A stretch of DNA of 64,000 bases, taken from Anaerohalosphaeraceae bacterium. Lineage in GTDB: Bacteria; Planctomycetota; Phycisphaerae; Sedimentisphaerales; Anaerohalosphaeraceae. Below, piece by piece: positions 21,250 through 31,268 of the stretch; position 1 is the stretch's first letter, and every line of letters starts with the position of its first letter. The position numbers and the translations under genes were made by a program. The DNA lies in the NCBI GenBank assembly GCA_050309605.1, contig JBNRMN010000033.1, positions 1 through 64,000 on the forward strand, given 5' to 3'. Under the pieces are notes generated by a model that was not told the origin of the DNA, searched no databases, and saw only the letters and a list, made by a program, of their open reading frames with translations.

Positions 21250-21786
21250 ATGACAGCAGAGTCAAACAACCAAAAACACGACCTTTATATTCGGCTTTTA
21301 ATGTCGAATCAAGGTAAGATCTATACCTATATTCATCTGTTTGTGCCCAACGATCAGGACGCTGATGATCTGATGCAGGAAACGGCTTCGACGCTGTGGG
21401 AAAAGTTTGACACATTTGAGCAGGGCACTGATTTTGCTTCGTGGGCGGTGACCATTGCCCGATTCAAGATTCTCAACTATCGTCGTCGGAACAAGAATGC
21501 ATTGATTCAGTATTCGAGCCAGACGGTGGAGGCGATCGGGGCCTATGCCGCTGAGCAGGTTCGTCAGGAATTGCCGGCCAAAGATTACCTCAGAGAGTGC
21601 CTTGAGAAGCTGTCGGCCCAAGACCGTTCCCTGATTCAGATGCGATATGCACAATCGGTGACCGTCAAGGCCCTGGCCAAACGGCTGGGCCGCTCGCCGC
21701 ACGGCTTATACAGCTCGCTGAGTCGTATTTTGCTGGTGCTGATGGACTGCATGAAACAAAGATACATCGCCGAGGAACGCCAGTGA
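21250..21786 (+). CDS. ECF sigma-70 factor (Planctomycetes/Verrucomicrobia type)
   Basis: DADDLMQET..LWEKF..GTDFASWAVTIAR (region 2); LRECLEKL..LIQMRY (region 4). Confidence 0.9.
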   Translation: MTAESNNQKHDLYIRLLMSNQGKIYTYIHLFVPNDQDADDLMQETASTLWEKFDTFEQGTDFASWAVTIARFKILNYRRRNKNALIQYSSQTVEAIGAYAAEQVRQELPAKDYLRECLEKLSAQDRSLIQMRYAQSVTVKALAKRLGRSPHGLYSSLSRILLVLMDCMKQRYIAEERQ

Positions 21787-23498
21787 AAGATAAAACAAAA
21801 CAATACCGACTGCTGCGGCTGATCCTTGGTGCGATGGACGGGTCGCTGACGACCGAGCAATTCGCTGAATTGGACTGCCTTTTGTGCAGCGACCCGGAAG
21901 CGCTGGATTTTTACGGGCAGGTGATGCGTGTGCAGACGCTTTTGTCCCAATCACGGGAGCTTTTTGTGTCCCGTTCCGATGACGCCATTTTGAATGATGC
22001 GTTTTGGAATCTGCTGCTGGACGACCAGTATAAAGCCGAACCCGCTGAGATCAAGATTGAGCAGCAAAACGCTGCGGCCGTTCCGTTAAGCCCTGTGCCC
22101 AAGCCGTCTGAACCGGTCTCCAAGACGCCTCTGGCGGTCGCATTGAGTGCCCTGGCGGCGTTTTTGATTTTGGCGGCGTATGTCTATTTCAATCCGAAAA
22201 ATCCGGCGCCTCTGGTCGGTCGTTTGACGCGCGTGGTCGATGCGCACTGGGCCAACGCGACGGGTACTTTGAAAGCGGAAACCGATTTGTATGCCGGCCC
22301 GCTTCATCTGACCAAAGGCTATGCCGAGTTGTACACCGAAAACGGGTCTCAGGTTATCCTTCAGGCTCCTGTGGAGCTGTATTTGGAATCGCCGTCTCAG
22401 ATTCTGGTTCGGCAGGGGCGCATCACGGTCCATGTCAAACCCGGTGTATCCAGTTTTGTCGTTCGGACGCCGACGGCCAGTATCGTGGATTTCGGGACGG
22501 AATTCGGCGTGTATGTGGATGAACAGCTGAACACGATGACGTATGTGTATCAGGGCGCGGTGGAACTGCGCAGCGGCTCCAATCCCCTGAAGTTCGAGCG
22601 TCGTATGCCGCTTGGCGCAGGTCAGGGCGGGCTGGCCGACGTTCGGGGCGAATTGGCCCCCAAACCTAACGCCGCGGCCCAGTTTATGCGATCGGAGGAA
22701 TTTGGTTATGCGCATTTGGCCGTCAAGGGGTCGGGCTATTATCGCTGGAAGGCCTACAGCTTACGGCTGCGGCGCGATCCTGATGTGGCGGCGTATTACA
22801 CGTTCGAAAAGCAGCCGTTCGATCCGATGACGCTCTACAATGCGGCCTTGACAACCGAGGGCGAATTGGACGGCATTCTGGCCAGCCTCGATGACGACCC
22901 TCTTCCGCAGTGGCAGTCGGGCCGCTGGTCGGAAAAGAACGCCTTGGCCTTTGATCGTCAGAAACGGCACCATGTTGTGGTTTCAGCTCATGAGCAACTG
23001 ACGATTCACGGCCCGGTGACCATCGCGGCCTGGATCTATCGCTCGGCCGACAGCGACGGCGGACATATCCTGTCCAACCGCCTCTCCAAGGACGTTGTCT
23101 CGAGGTATTCCGATGATTCGATCTGCAATTACCAACTGGGCTATCGGGGCAGTTACGGCTCACGCTGGCATAAAAACATTCATCTGGCCCGTAAACGAGG
23201 CTCTGAGGATTATGCCAATCAGCCCCGCAGTTCGCCGCTGCCTGACGTGTTGGGCTGGACGCTGGTAGCGGCTACGCATGACAATCAGACGGTGAAATTC
23301 TATGTGAACGGGGATTTGGTTGGCTCCCAGCCCTGGCCGCACAAAAATGAAGGGGTCCTTGCGGAGCTGCTGATTGGTACGGACTTTATTGACAGTCGAG
23401 CGGACCGCTTTCATGGATTGATTGATGAAATTGTCATTGCCCGACGGATATTCAGTGAACAGGAAATCGCCGAGATGTATCAGGCCGGAAAACCGTAA
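21783..23498 (+). CDS. Transmembrane anti-sigma/sensor with FecR-like and LamG-like domains
   Basis: GTGA overlap with the sigma gene; single TM; FVVRTP..IVDFGTEFGV; C-terminal FHGLIDEI LamG. Confidence 0.85.
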   Translation: MKDKTKQYRLLRLILGAMDGSLTTEQFAELDCLLCSDPEALDFYGQVMRVQTLLSQSRELFVSRSDDAILNDAFWNLLLDDQYKAEPAEIKIEQQNAAAVPLSPVPKPSEPVSKTPLAVALSALAAFLILAAYVYFNPKNPAPLVGRLTRVVDAHWANATGTLKAETDLYAGPLHLTKGYAELYTENGSQVILQAPVELYLESPSQILVRQGRITVHVKPGVSSFVVRTPTASIVDFGTEFGVYVDEQLNTMTYVYQGAVELRSGSNPLKFERRMPLGAGQGGLADVRGELAPKPNAAAQFMRSEEFGYAHLAVKGSGYYRWKAYSLRLRRDPDVAAYYTFEKQPFDPMTLYNAALTTEGELDGILASLDDDPLPQWQSGRWSEKNALAFDRQKRHHVVVSAHEQLTIHGPVTIAAWIYRSADSDGGHILSNRLSKDVVSRYSDDSICNYQLGYRGSYGSRWHKNIHLARKRGSEDYANQPRSSPLPDVLGWTLVAATHDNQTVKFYVNGDLVGSQPWPHKNEGVLAELLIGTDFIDSRADRFHGLIDEIVIARRIFSEQEIAEMYQAGKP

Positions 23499-23609
23499 CA
23501 GAAACAGAGCGCCGATGGACTTATCGGTATCGTCTCTAACCGGCCCATGGTGACAATAGAATATCGTTAGTGTATTCACATTTTTAACTTAATTGGAAAG
23601 GGTCAAGCG

Positions 23610-25751
23610 ATGAAAAAGTGGATGATGGGAATGGTGGTGCTGCTGTGTGCAGCGGCAACGGCCTCGGCAGAGAATCCGCGCATCTTGTGGGTCTCGGATG
23701 GGTGGAACGCCGCCGAGCCGCGGGATTTTGGATTTGTCGATGTGCTGGTCGAGGAAGGGTATTCCGTGGATCGACTGGAAGAGCCGCGGATTATGGATGC
23801 GGATAAACGCGACCTGGCCAATACGTATGACCTGGTTATCGTGAGTCGTTGGACCGACAGCGGACAGTTTGCTTCAAATGAACAGGAAATTACATTCTGG
23901 AACTCGATCTCTGCGCCTCTGATCAATATGAATGCTTATCTGGCCCGCAGCAACCGCTGGCGCTGGATCAACGGCACCGACATTTTTGGTACTCAGGCGG
24001 CTTTGCGCCTCGTCGTTCCGGAGGATCCGATTTTCGGAGGCGTGGTTCCCGATGAGAACGGCGTCGTGAGCGTGATTTCCCAAGGGTCTGTCAACATCAT
24101 TACGGTCAATTCGGCGGGCAACGGGAACCTTCTGGGCGTACGGTCGGTCACTGGAGACGAAAGTGTCTGGATTGTCCGGTGGGAGACCGGGCAGGAATTT
24201 TACTCCGGCGCCAACCAGTTTGCCGGCGGTCCGCGGCTGTATTTTGTCGGCGGCGAGGCGGGCGGCTCAGGCGACGGGGTCTATAACTTCACCGAAACAG
24301 GCAAAATCATCTTTTTGAACGCTGTTTATGAAATGACCGGCGCCTCGTTCAATCGCAAACCGATTGTCCATGCCGGCAGCAACCGGATTGTCTATACCAA
24401 CGATGAGATCCAGTTGGGCGCTTCTGTGCATGAACCGGACGGCGATGAATTTTCGACAGAGTGGACTGTTCTGCAAGCTCCGGGTAACGTTTCGATTTCA
24501 GACGCTGCCGCCATCGATCCGGTTATCAGTTTTGATACCAAGGGAACCTACCGGCTCCGGCTTGCGGCTGATGACGGCGAATTGTCGGATGCCGCTGTGG
24601 TGACGGTGTATGTGCGTGATGCAGCCGACGACCGGCTGCTGTCGCATTGGGATTTTGAAGGGCTGCCCGATCCGAATGTTCTGGTGGATATCGTCGGCGG
24701 GTTCAACGGGGTGTTCTATCATGATGTTCCCGATACCGAACCGAATGTCGTTGCCGGCCATATCTCGCCGACGGCGGTGGATTTCGGCGGTCAGCAGTAT
24801 TGGGACGTGCCCGGCACAAAAGACAATGTGGATCCCAATTACACCACGACCCAAACGGGTTTGACGGTGGCTGTATGGGCCAAGATCGAATCATCTCCGG
24901 TTACGAGTGCTCCTATGCTTGTCGGTTATGATCTGGGCGGCTGGCGATTCCAGGTCAACACAGGTCGCTGGAATCTGGTTCAGACCGGTATTGACGGCGG
25001 TCCGCAGCGGGAAGTAAGCAGCCTCCGGGGGGCCTTCCGTCCGGAATGGCAGCATGTGGTCGGGGTCTTTGACGGCGTCAACTCACAGTTCAGGATTTAC
25101 ATTGACGGGCTGCTTGACAATGTCCAGAATCTTCCGTCCGGCTACCGTGTCGGAACCGGTGAAATGCCGCTTCAGATTGGTAACCGGGCCGACGCCGATC
25201 GCTACTGGCCGGGGATGGTGGACGACATTCGCGTGTACAACTATCCGCTCAGCGACGCCGAAGTCGCGGCCCTGGCCGCTGAAGGCGACAGAGCTCCCTT
25301 AATCACCGCCGGCGAAGACCAGACCATTTTCTATACCGGCGAACCGATTCAAATGGAAGGGATTCGTCTTATCGACGACGGCCTGCCCGGTCCGTTGGCA
25401 TTGGAATGGACCGTGGTCTCGGCGCCGCCCGATGTTGATCCCGAAGCGGTTATCTTCCACGATCCGACGGCTGAAGATACGCTGGTGACGTTCCCGACGG
25501 TCGGCGGCAACTATGTGCTGCGATTGGCCGGAACCGACGGTGCGGTCGAGGTCGAAGATGAAGTCGTCATTACGCTGTTGATTCCGACGTGCGAAGACGT
25601 GATTGCCGCCGGTCTGGCGATGCCCGGCGATCTGAGCGGTCCGGAAGGCGTGCCCGACTGCGTCATCGATCTGTATGACCTGGCGGTGATTGCATCGGGA
25701 TGGTTAAGCTGCAACAATCCGCAGGATGTGGATTGCCTCTGGCCATTCTAA
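23610..25751 (+). CDS. Secreted modular protein (unnamed N-domain, PKD/Ig-like repeats, LamG, dockerin-like tail)
   Basis: Signal peptide; GTYRLRLAADDG and GNYVLRLAGTDG repeats; WQHVVG..IYIDG..DDIRVYNY; GDLSGPEGVPDCVIDLYD. Confidence 0.8.
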   Translation: MKKWMMGMVVLLCAAATASAENPRILWVSDGWNAAEPRDFGFVDVLVEEGYSVDRLEEPRIMDADKRDLANTYDLVIVSRWTDSGQFASNEQEITFWNSISAPLINMNAYLARSNRWRWINGTDIFGTQAALRLVVPEDPIFGGVVPDENGVVSVISQGSVNIITVNSAGNGNLLGVRSVTGDESVWIVRWETGQEFYSGANQFAGGPRLYFVGGEAGGSGDGVYNFTETGKIIFLNAVYEMTGASFNRKPIVHAGSNRIVYTNDEIQLGASVHEPDGDEFSTEWTVLQAPGNVSISDAAAIDPVISFDTKGTYRLRLAADDGELSDAAVVTVYVRDAADDRLLSHWDFEGLPDPNVLVDIVGGFNGVFYHDVPDTEPNVVAGHISPTAVDFGGQQYWDVPGTKDNVDPNYTTTQTGLTVAVWAKIESSPVTSAPMLVGYDLGGWRFQVNTGRWNLVQTGIDGGPQREVSSLRGAFRPEWQHVVGVFDGVNSQFRIYIDGLLDNVQNLPSGYRVGTGEMPLQIGNRADADRYWPGMVDDIRVYNYPLSDAEVAALAAEGDRAPLITAGEDQTIFYTGEPIQMEGIRLIDDGLPGPLALEWTVVSAPPDVDPEAVIFHDPTAEDTLVTFPTVGGNYVLRLAGTDGAVEVEDEVVITLLIPTCEDVIAAGLAMPGDLSGPEGVPDCVIDLYDLAVIASGWLSCNNPQDVDCLWPF

Positions 25752-25854
25752 AAGCGTAAATCGGTATAACTCAGGATAACCGGGAGCGGCTTGGCACGAT
25801 CAAGCCCTCCTGGTTATCCGGTATTGATGTTTCAGCCGCGACGATGGGGGTGTT

Positions 25855-28800
25855 ATGCGAAGCTCCTTTCAAAATGAGACGAGAGGTGTTTTTCTGTGTC
25901 TGCTGTGCCTTTTGCTGATGGTCAGCGCAGCACCGAGTATGACGATTATTCTGGTCGCCACCTTGCCCGAACAAGAGGAGGCGTATATCGAGTTTCTGGA
26001 AGAGGTCTTTGGGCCGGAGACGGCGATCACCGCCGGCACTTATACCGAGCTGGACGGCAACGCCCAGATGCGTGCGGAGCTGGAAGCGGCGGACTTGATT
26101 GTCATTGTGCGGCGTACGACAAGCGGCAATTATGTTAACGGCACCGAGATTGAAGACTGGAACAGCCTGAGTACGCCGATCTTGTGCCACAGTGCTTATC
26201 TGACCCGTCAGAACCGATGGAACTGGATGGCCGGCGAACGTGCGGCTGAAGAGCTGACGCATATTCGCGTCGCTGATCCGGACGACCCCGTCTTTGAGGG
26301 GATGGACGTTCAGATGGGCGACGACATTCAGGTGTTTACTTTTCCCACGCCGATTGATGTTCAGGACGATGCCGGCAACGGCAGGACAGCGGCCGCTGCG
26401 CCGTCCACAGGGCGTGTGTTCATCAGCCGCTGGAGCGATACGGATGTGGTTTATCACGACGGCTCGGCCTATAAGCCCGGCGGGCCGCGTTTGTTTTTCG
26501 GGCTGTATGAATTTGATTCGCTGGTGCGTTTGACAGAGCAGGGTCGGATGCTGCTCAGGAATGCGCTGTTGTCATTGGTGCCGCCTTATAAGGGTCAGGT
26601 TGCGTATTCAGGGGCGGGTCTGTGGGTTCAGCACAGGCCGGCTCGCGCCGCAACGTTCAGTGTGGTACTCAATGAGCCGCCCTCAGCGCCGGTTCAGGTC
26701 GAGGCGGCGCCCGCAGTACAGGGCGACCGGCTTTGGCTTGACGGCGCGGCCGGGCCGGCAGAATCGGTGATGCTTGAGTTTTTGCCGTCAAATTGGGATG
26801 TTCCTCAGCCGCTGACCGTTCATGCCGCCGGCGGCGCAGGTCAGATCGACCGCGTAACGGCTGAGATACGATTTGAGCTGCACAGCACCGACCCATTGTT
26901 TAACGGTCCTTTGATTATGCCCCTGGAGGTTTCGGTTTTTGACGCCGCATCGAATGCCTGTCCGCCGACAGACTTAAACGGCGACTGCCGGGTGGATATC
27001 AATGACCTGCTGCTGGTTGCGTCCGAATGGCTTTCATTGCCGGTGCAGTCCGCGTTCATCGACGACAGTCAGGCCGTGAACTATCATCATTTGGCGGCCC
27101 TGTCCGAAGACTGGCTGGAACAGTCCGGGCCGGTGATCATAAGTGAATTCATGGCCTCCAACAGCGATACACTGGTCGATGGCGACGGCCAGGCGTCTGA
27201 CTGGATTGAATTGTATAATATGACCTCTGTTCCCATCGATCTGGGAGGGTGGTACCTGACCGACAAGGCCGATGACCTGACGCAATGGCAATTTCCCGCC
27301 GGCGTCGTCATTGACCCCTACGACTATTATCTTCTCTTTGCCTCGGCCGCAGATGACGCCCTTTATCCCTCCATCGACGGCGAGGGGTTTTTGCATACCA
27401 ATTTTGCGTTGAGCAAAGAAGGCGAGTATCTGGCCCTGGTTGCGCCGGACGGGCAAACGGTTGTCTGCGAATATGCGCCGCAGTTTCCGCCCCAGATACG
27501 GGATATGGCCTATGGCCTGGCTCAGATGCAGCCGGTGTATTTCGCCGAGGCGACGCCGGGGCTTCCCAACAGTCTTGAGATGTATGAAGGGATTGTCGCC
27601 GAACCGATTTTTTCGCATACACGCGGCGCTTACGAGACGCCGTTTGAAGTGTCTATCACCTGCCAGACGGAAGGGGCCAATGTGCATTACACCCTGGACG
27701 GAACAGCGCCGACGCCAACCAGCGCGGTCTATACCGCCCCGCTGACAATCAGCAGCACCGCCTGTTTGCGGGCGGCGGCATTCAAAGACGGGTGGTATCC
27801 CAGCGCTGTGGCGACGCAGACCTATGTGTTCTTTGCCGATGTTCCGTTCCAGTCGGCGCCGGACGACTATCCGACGTCCTGGAGCGGCTATCCGGCGCAT
27901 TATGCGATGACGGAACAAGTCTATGCCGACCCGACCTATGCCGACCGAATGACCGACGCGCTGGCGGCGCTGCCGGTCGTGTCCATTGTAACCGATAAGG
28001 ATCATCTGTTCGACGCGGCTACGGGCATTTATATGAATCCCATCCAGCGGACGGTTCTTTGGGAGCGTCCGGTATCGGTGGAGTTTTTTGACCCGTCCGG
28101 CCAAGAGACAGGATTTCAGGTCGATTGCGGCCTGCGTATTCAGGGCGGGGCCAGTCGGCAGCCGGCCAATTCGCCGAAGCATTCGTTTCGGCTTTTGTTT
28201 AAGCGAATTTACGGGCAGGGCAAATTGGATTATCCGCTGTTCGGCCAGGATGCCGCGGCGTCATTTGACACGCTCGTGCTCCGCGCCAACTACAACAATT
28301 CCTGGTATCATTGGGATCCGGCGCAGCGGCTTGCGACTCAGTATCTGCGGGATCAATGGGCGCGCGATACCCAACGGGCCATGGGGCAGGTTTCTTCGCA
28401 TGGCCGCTTTGTGCATTTGTACCTCAACGGATTGTACTGGGGCCTGTACAACATCAGTGAACGTCCCGATGCGTCCTTTTCGGCCGCTTATTTCGACGGG
28501 GATAAATCCGAATGGGATGCCTTGAAACATGGCGGGATTGTCACCGACGGTGATGCGGTGCGATGGACTCAGGCTCAGGCGATTGCCGAAGCCGGCGTCA
28601 GCGACAGCGCAGGCTACGCGGCGTTATCGGAATATGTTGATATCCCCAATCTGATCGATTATATGATTATCAATTTTTATGGAGGCAATCAAGACTGGGG
28701 TGCCAACAACTGGCGGGCGACGGCCAAGCGTGAGCCGGGATACGGTTTTCGATTTTTCTGCTGGGATACCGAACGTACCCTCGAAGATCCGCTTGGCCAT

Positions 28801-30069
28801 AATGTGACCGGCGTCAATCACCACAACAGCCCGGCCCGATTTTATGCAAAGCTGCGTGAGAATCCGGAATTTCGTATGCAGTTTGCCGATCATGCGCATC
28901 GATGGTTGTTTAACGGCGGCGTCCTGACGCCGCAGGCCTGCATCGACCGATGGATGAATCGTGCCGCACAGATCGATACGGCCGTGATTGCCGAATCGGC
29001 GCGATGGGGGATTTACCGTCGGGATATCCATGTGCGCGGCTCGGCGGTACTTTATACGCGGGATGAGCACTGGCTGGCCGAGCAGCAGCGGCTGCTGAAT
29101 GAGTATTTTCCGATTCGCTCCGGCGTGGTGATTGAACAATTCAAAGACGCCGGTCTGTATCCGACGACCGAGGCGCCGGTATGCTATATTAACGGCGTGT
29201 ATCAGCATGGCGGCGAAGTCTCCGTTGGCGACGCTCTGTCGCTGCTGAATCCAAACGCCTCGGGCACAATCTATTATACAACCGACGGCTCCGATCCGCG
29301 GCGGCCCGGCGGCGGCCTGAATTCTTTGGCGGTTGCTTATACAGGCCCGATTCACATCACGGAACCTTTACGGATCGCGTCGCGTATTTGGAGAAACGGC
29401 GTTTGGAGTGCTCTGAATGAGGCGACGTACACGCCGGGTCCGGTATCCCTGATGTATTACTGGTGTTTTACGGACGACCTGCCAAACAATACGCCGCTTG
29501 AAAGCGTGGAAGCGATATTCAGCGCCGCCGGTCAGGGACGGCTCCAGTTCCACTCCGCGATGGAAGGGTATCCGTTTGACCCCGACCATGAAAATTGGAG
29601 AAAAGCATCGATGGAACGCCGTAATCAGCCCACGTCGCTGAACTACCGTCCGGAAGGCAATGAAAACAGACTCTACGATGCCGACTGGATGCGCGGTCTG
29701 CAAGTTCGGCAGCCCTTCGCGCTGAACGGCTCAGAAAATACAATGATTGTTCATCTGCCTGCGACCGGATACCGGAACGTGTTGTTCAGCTTCGCTGTGA
29801 TGGATGAAGGCGCCGCAGAGAAGCTGGTGGTGGATTATTCTGTTGCTTCCGGCGACCCGATCTGGCAGACGACCGGGTTGAGTGCATCTGAAATTGAGCT
29901 AAAAGAGGCATATCAACTCTGTGAGATCGATTTTTCACAAATACCGGCAGTGAACAACAACTCTGATTTCAAGATACGGATCCGTTTTCAGGTCAGCGAC
30001 GGCTCTGCCGATGCGGGTAATCGGGTTACGTTTAACAACATTGCGCTTGAAGGATTGGCCGCAGAATGA
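25855..30069 (+). CDS. Large secreted protein with lamin-tail domain, chitobiase/FN3-like domains and CotH kinase-like domain
   Basis: IISEFMASN..DWIELYN..LGGWYLTD (LTD); HYTLDG and YYTTDGSDP; WERP, LYLNGLYWGLY, DWGANNW, WDTE (CotH). Confidence 0.85.
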   Translation: MRSSFQNETRGVFLCLLCLLLMVSAAPSMTIILVATLPEQEEAYIEFLEEVFGPETAITAGTYTELDGNAQMRAELEAADLIVIVRRTTSGNYVNGTEIEDWNSLSTPILCHSAYLTRQNRWNWMAGERAAEELTHIRVADPDDPVFEGMDVQMGDDIQVFTFPTPIDVQDDAGNGRTAAAAPSTGRVFISRWSDTDVVYHDGSAYKPGGPRLFFGLYEFDSLVRLTEQGRMLLRNALLSLVPPYKGQVAYSGAGLWVQHRPARAATFSVVLNEPPSAPVQVEAAPAVQGDRLWLDGAAGPAESVMLEFLPSNWDVPQPLTVHAAGGAGQIDRVTAEIRFELHSTDPLFNGPLIMPLEVSVFDAASNACPPTDLNGDCRVDINDLLLVASEWLSLPVQSAFIDDSQAVNYHHLAALSEDWLEQSGPVIISEFMASNSDTLVDGDGQASDWIELYNMTSVPIDLGGWYLTDKADDLTQWQFPAGVVIDPYDYYLLFASAADDALYPSIDGEGFLHTNFALSKEGEYLALVAPDGQTVVCEYAPQFPPQIRDMAYGLAQMQPVYFAEATPGLPNSLEMYEGIVAEPIFSHTRGAYETPFEVSITCQTEGANVHYTLDGTAPTPTSAVYTAPLTISSTACLRAAAFKDGWYPSAVATQTYVFFADVPFQSAPDDYPTSWSGYPAHYAMTEQVYADPTYADRMTDALAALPVVSIVTDKDHLFDAATGIYMNPIQRTVLWERPVSVEFFDPSGQETGFQVDCGLRIQGGASRQPANSPKHSFRLLFKRIYGQGKLDYPLFGQDAAASFDTLVLRANYNNSWYHWDPAQRLATQYLRDQWARDTQRAMGQVSSHGRFVHLYLNGLYWGLYNISERPDASFSAAYFDGDKSEWDALKHGGIVTDGDAVRWTQAQAIAEAGVSDSAGYAALSEYVDIPNLIDYMIINFYGGNQDWGANNWRATAKREPGYGFRFFCWDTERTLEDPLGHNVTGVNHHNSPARFYAKLRENPEFRMQFADHAHRWLFNGGVLTPQACIDRWMNRAAQIDTAVIAESARWGIYRRDIHVRGSAVLYTRDEHWLAEQQRLLNEYFPIRSGVVIEQFKDAGLYPTTEAPVCYINGVYQHGGEVSVGDALSLLNPNASGTIYYTTDGSDPRRPGGGLNSLAVAYTGPIHITEPLRIASRIWRNGVWSALNEATYTPGPVSLMYYWCFTDDLPNNTPLESVEAIFSAAGQGRLQFHSAMEGYPFDPDHENWRKASMERRNQPTSLNYRPEGNENRLYDADWMRGLQVRQPFALNGSENTMIVHLPATGYRNVLFSFAVMDEGAAEKLVVDYSVASGDPIWQTTGLSASEIELKEAYQLCEIDFSQIPAVNNNSDFKIRIRFQVSDGSADAGNRVTFNNIALEGLAAE

Positions 30070-30193
30070 ATCCGGCAATTCGTTGTTGCGGCATCGAAAC
30101 GGCAAGACAATCCTTTGCGTTTTGGGTGTAAGATCCGCCTGTCCGACCCGCCGCAGACGGCTTTGGCCTGTGTTGTTTTGCTCAATGAGGTGA

Positions 30194-31237
30194 TTATAGT
30201 GCGTGCTGCTTCACGGCCGGCGGCAGGGTCAGGGCGGCCTGTTGCGGCTCGGGCACACCGCAGCGGGCAAAGGCGCTGTCAAGAATCGCCTTGATCAGGT
30301 CGGCATACGTCATGCCCTGCTGCATGGCGATCATCGGCAAATCCGAGTGCGTCGGGTGCAGTCCGGCCAGCGGATTGATTTCGATGAAGCAGGCTCGCCC
30401 TGCCGCGTCGCAGCGAATATCCACCCGTCCGCCGTCGCGGCATTCGAGCACGCGATAGGCGGCCAGCGCCAGCGCCTCCACTTCGGCCTTTAACGGCCTG
30501 TCCTCTCGGATGGGGTGATACGTAATCTGTGTTTCGCATTCCTCCTTGTTCACAAACGAATAAATCGCCGGCTGATCCTTTCGCCGCAGCTCGATTTCCA
30601 TCGTACCGATGACCCGCGCCGCCTGTGCCGTACCAACGATGCCGACGGTAAACTCTCGTCCCGGCAGAAACTGCTCCACCAGTACCGGCTGATGATACCG
30701 CCAAAGCAAGTCCATACACACGCGCTTTAATTGTACCGGATCGTCAATCTTGGATTGTTGGTCGATGCCTTTTCCCGTGCCCTCGGCCAGCGGTTTGGCA
30801 AACAGCGGAAACCGCAGCGTTATGTTGTCAATCTCCGCTTCGGTTTGCACGACCACAAAGGCCGGTGTCGGCAAGCCCGCCTGGGCGATCCAGCGTTTGG
30901 CTACGGCCTTATCGAGCGTGGCCGCACAGACCAGCGGATCGGAAAACGTGTAGGCCTGGCCGTACAATTCAAGCAGCGCCGGTGCCTGGGCCTCGCGGCA
31001 GCGTCCGCCCAGCCCTTCGGCGATATTGAAGACCATGTCCCACCGATCGCCGGCGACCAGCCGCTCGGCCAGTCGTTTGGCGTTGCCGATGCGTTCGACG
31101 CGATAGCCCAGCGAGACGATGGTGTGTTCCAGGGCGTCGATGGTCTGTTCGGAGTCAAATTCCGCGGCTTGTTCCTCGCTGAATCCGGCGGCAAGGTAAT
31201 CGCTGCGAAGATCGTACACCAATCCAATGTGCTGCAT
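30194..31237 (-). CDS. D-Ala-D-Ala-ligase-like ATP-grasp enzyme
   Basis: VFNIAEG, LDKAVAK, FAKPLAEGTGKGI, LVEQFLPGREFTV, RVDIR, FIEINPLAG; AAGGA RBS. Confidence 0.85.
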   Translation of the reverse strand: MQHIGLVYDLRSDYLAAGFSEEQAAEFDSEQTIDALEHTIVSLGYRVERIGNAKRLAERLVAGDRWDMVFNIAEGLGGRCREAQAPALLELYGQAYTFSDPLVCAATLDKAVAKRWIAQAGLPTPAFVVVQTEAEIDNITLRFPLFAKPLAEGTGKGIDQQSKIDDPVQLKRVCMDLLWRYHQPVLVEQFLPGREFTVGIVGTAQAARVIGTMEIELRRKDQPAIYSFVNKEECETQITYHPIREDRPLKAEVEALALAAYRVLECRDGGRVDIRCDAAGRACFIEINPLAGLHPTHSDLPMIAMQQGMTYADLIKAILDSAFARCGVPEPQQAALTLPPAVKQHAL

Positions 31238-31268
31238 TGTATTTTTCCTTTCTTGTGGTTTATCCCAA

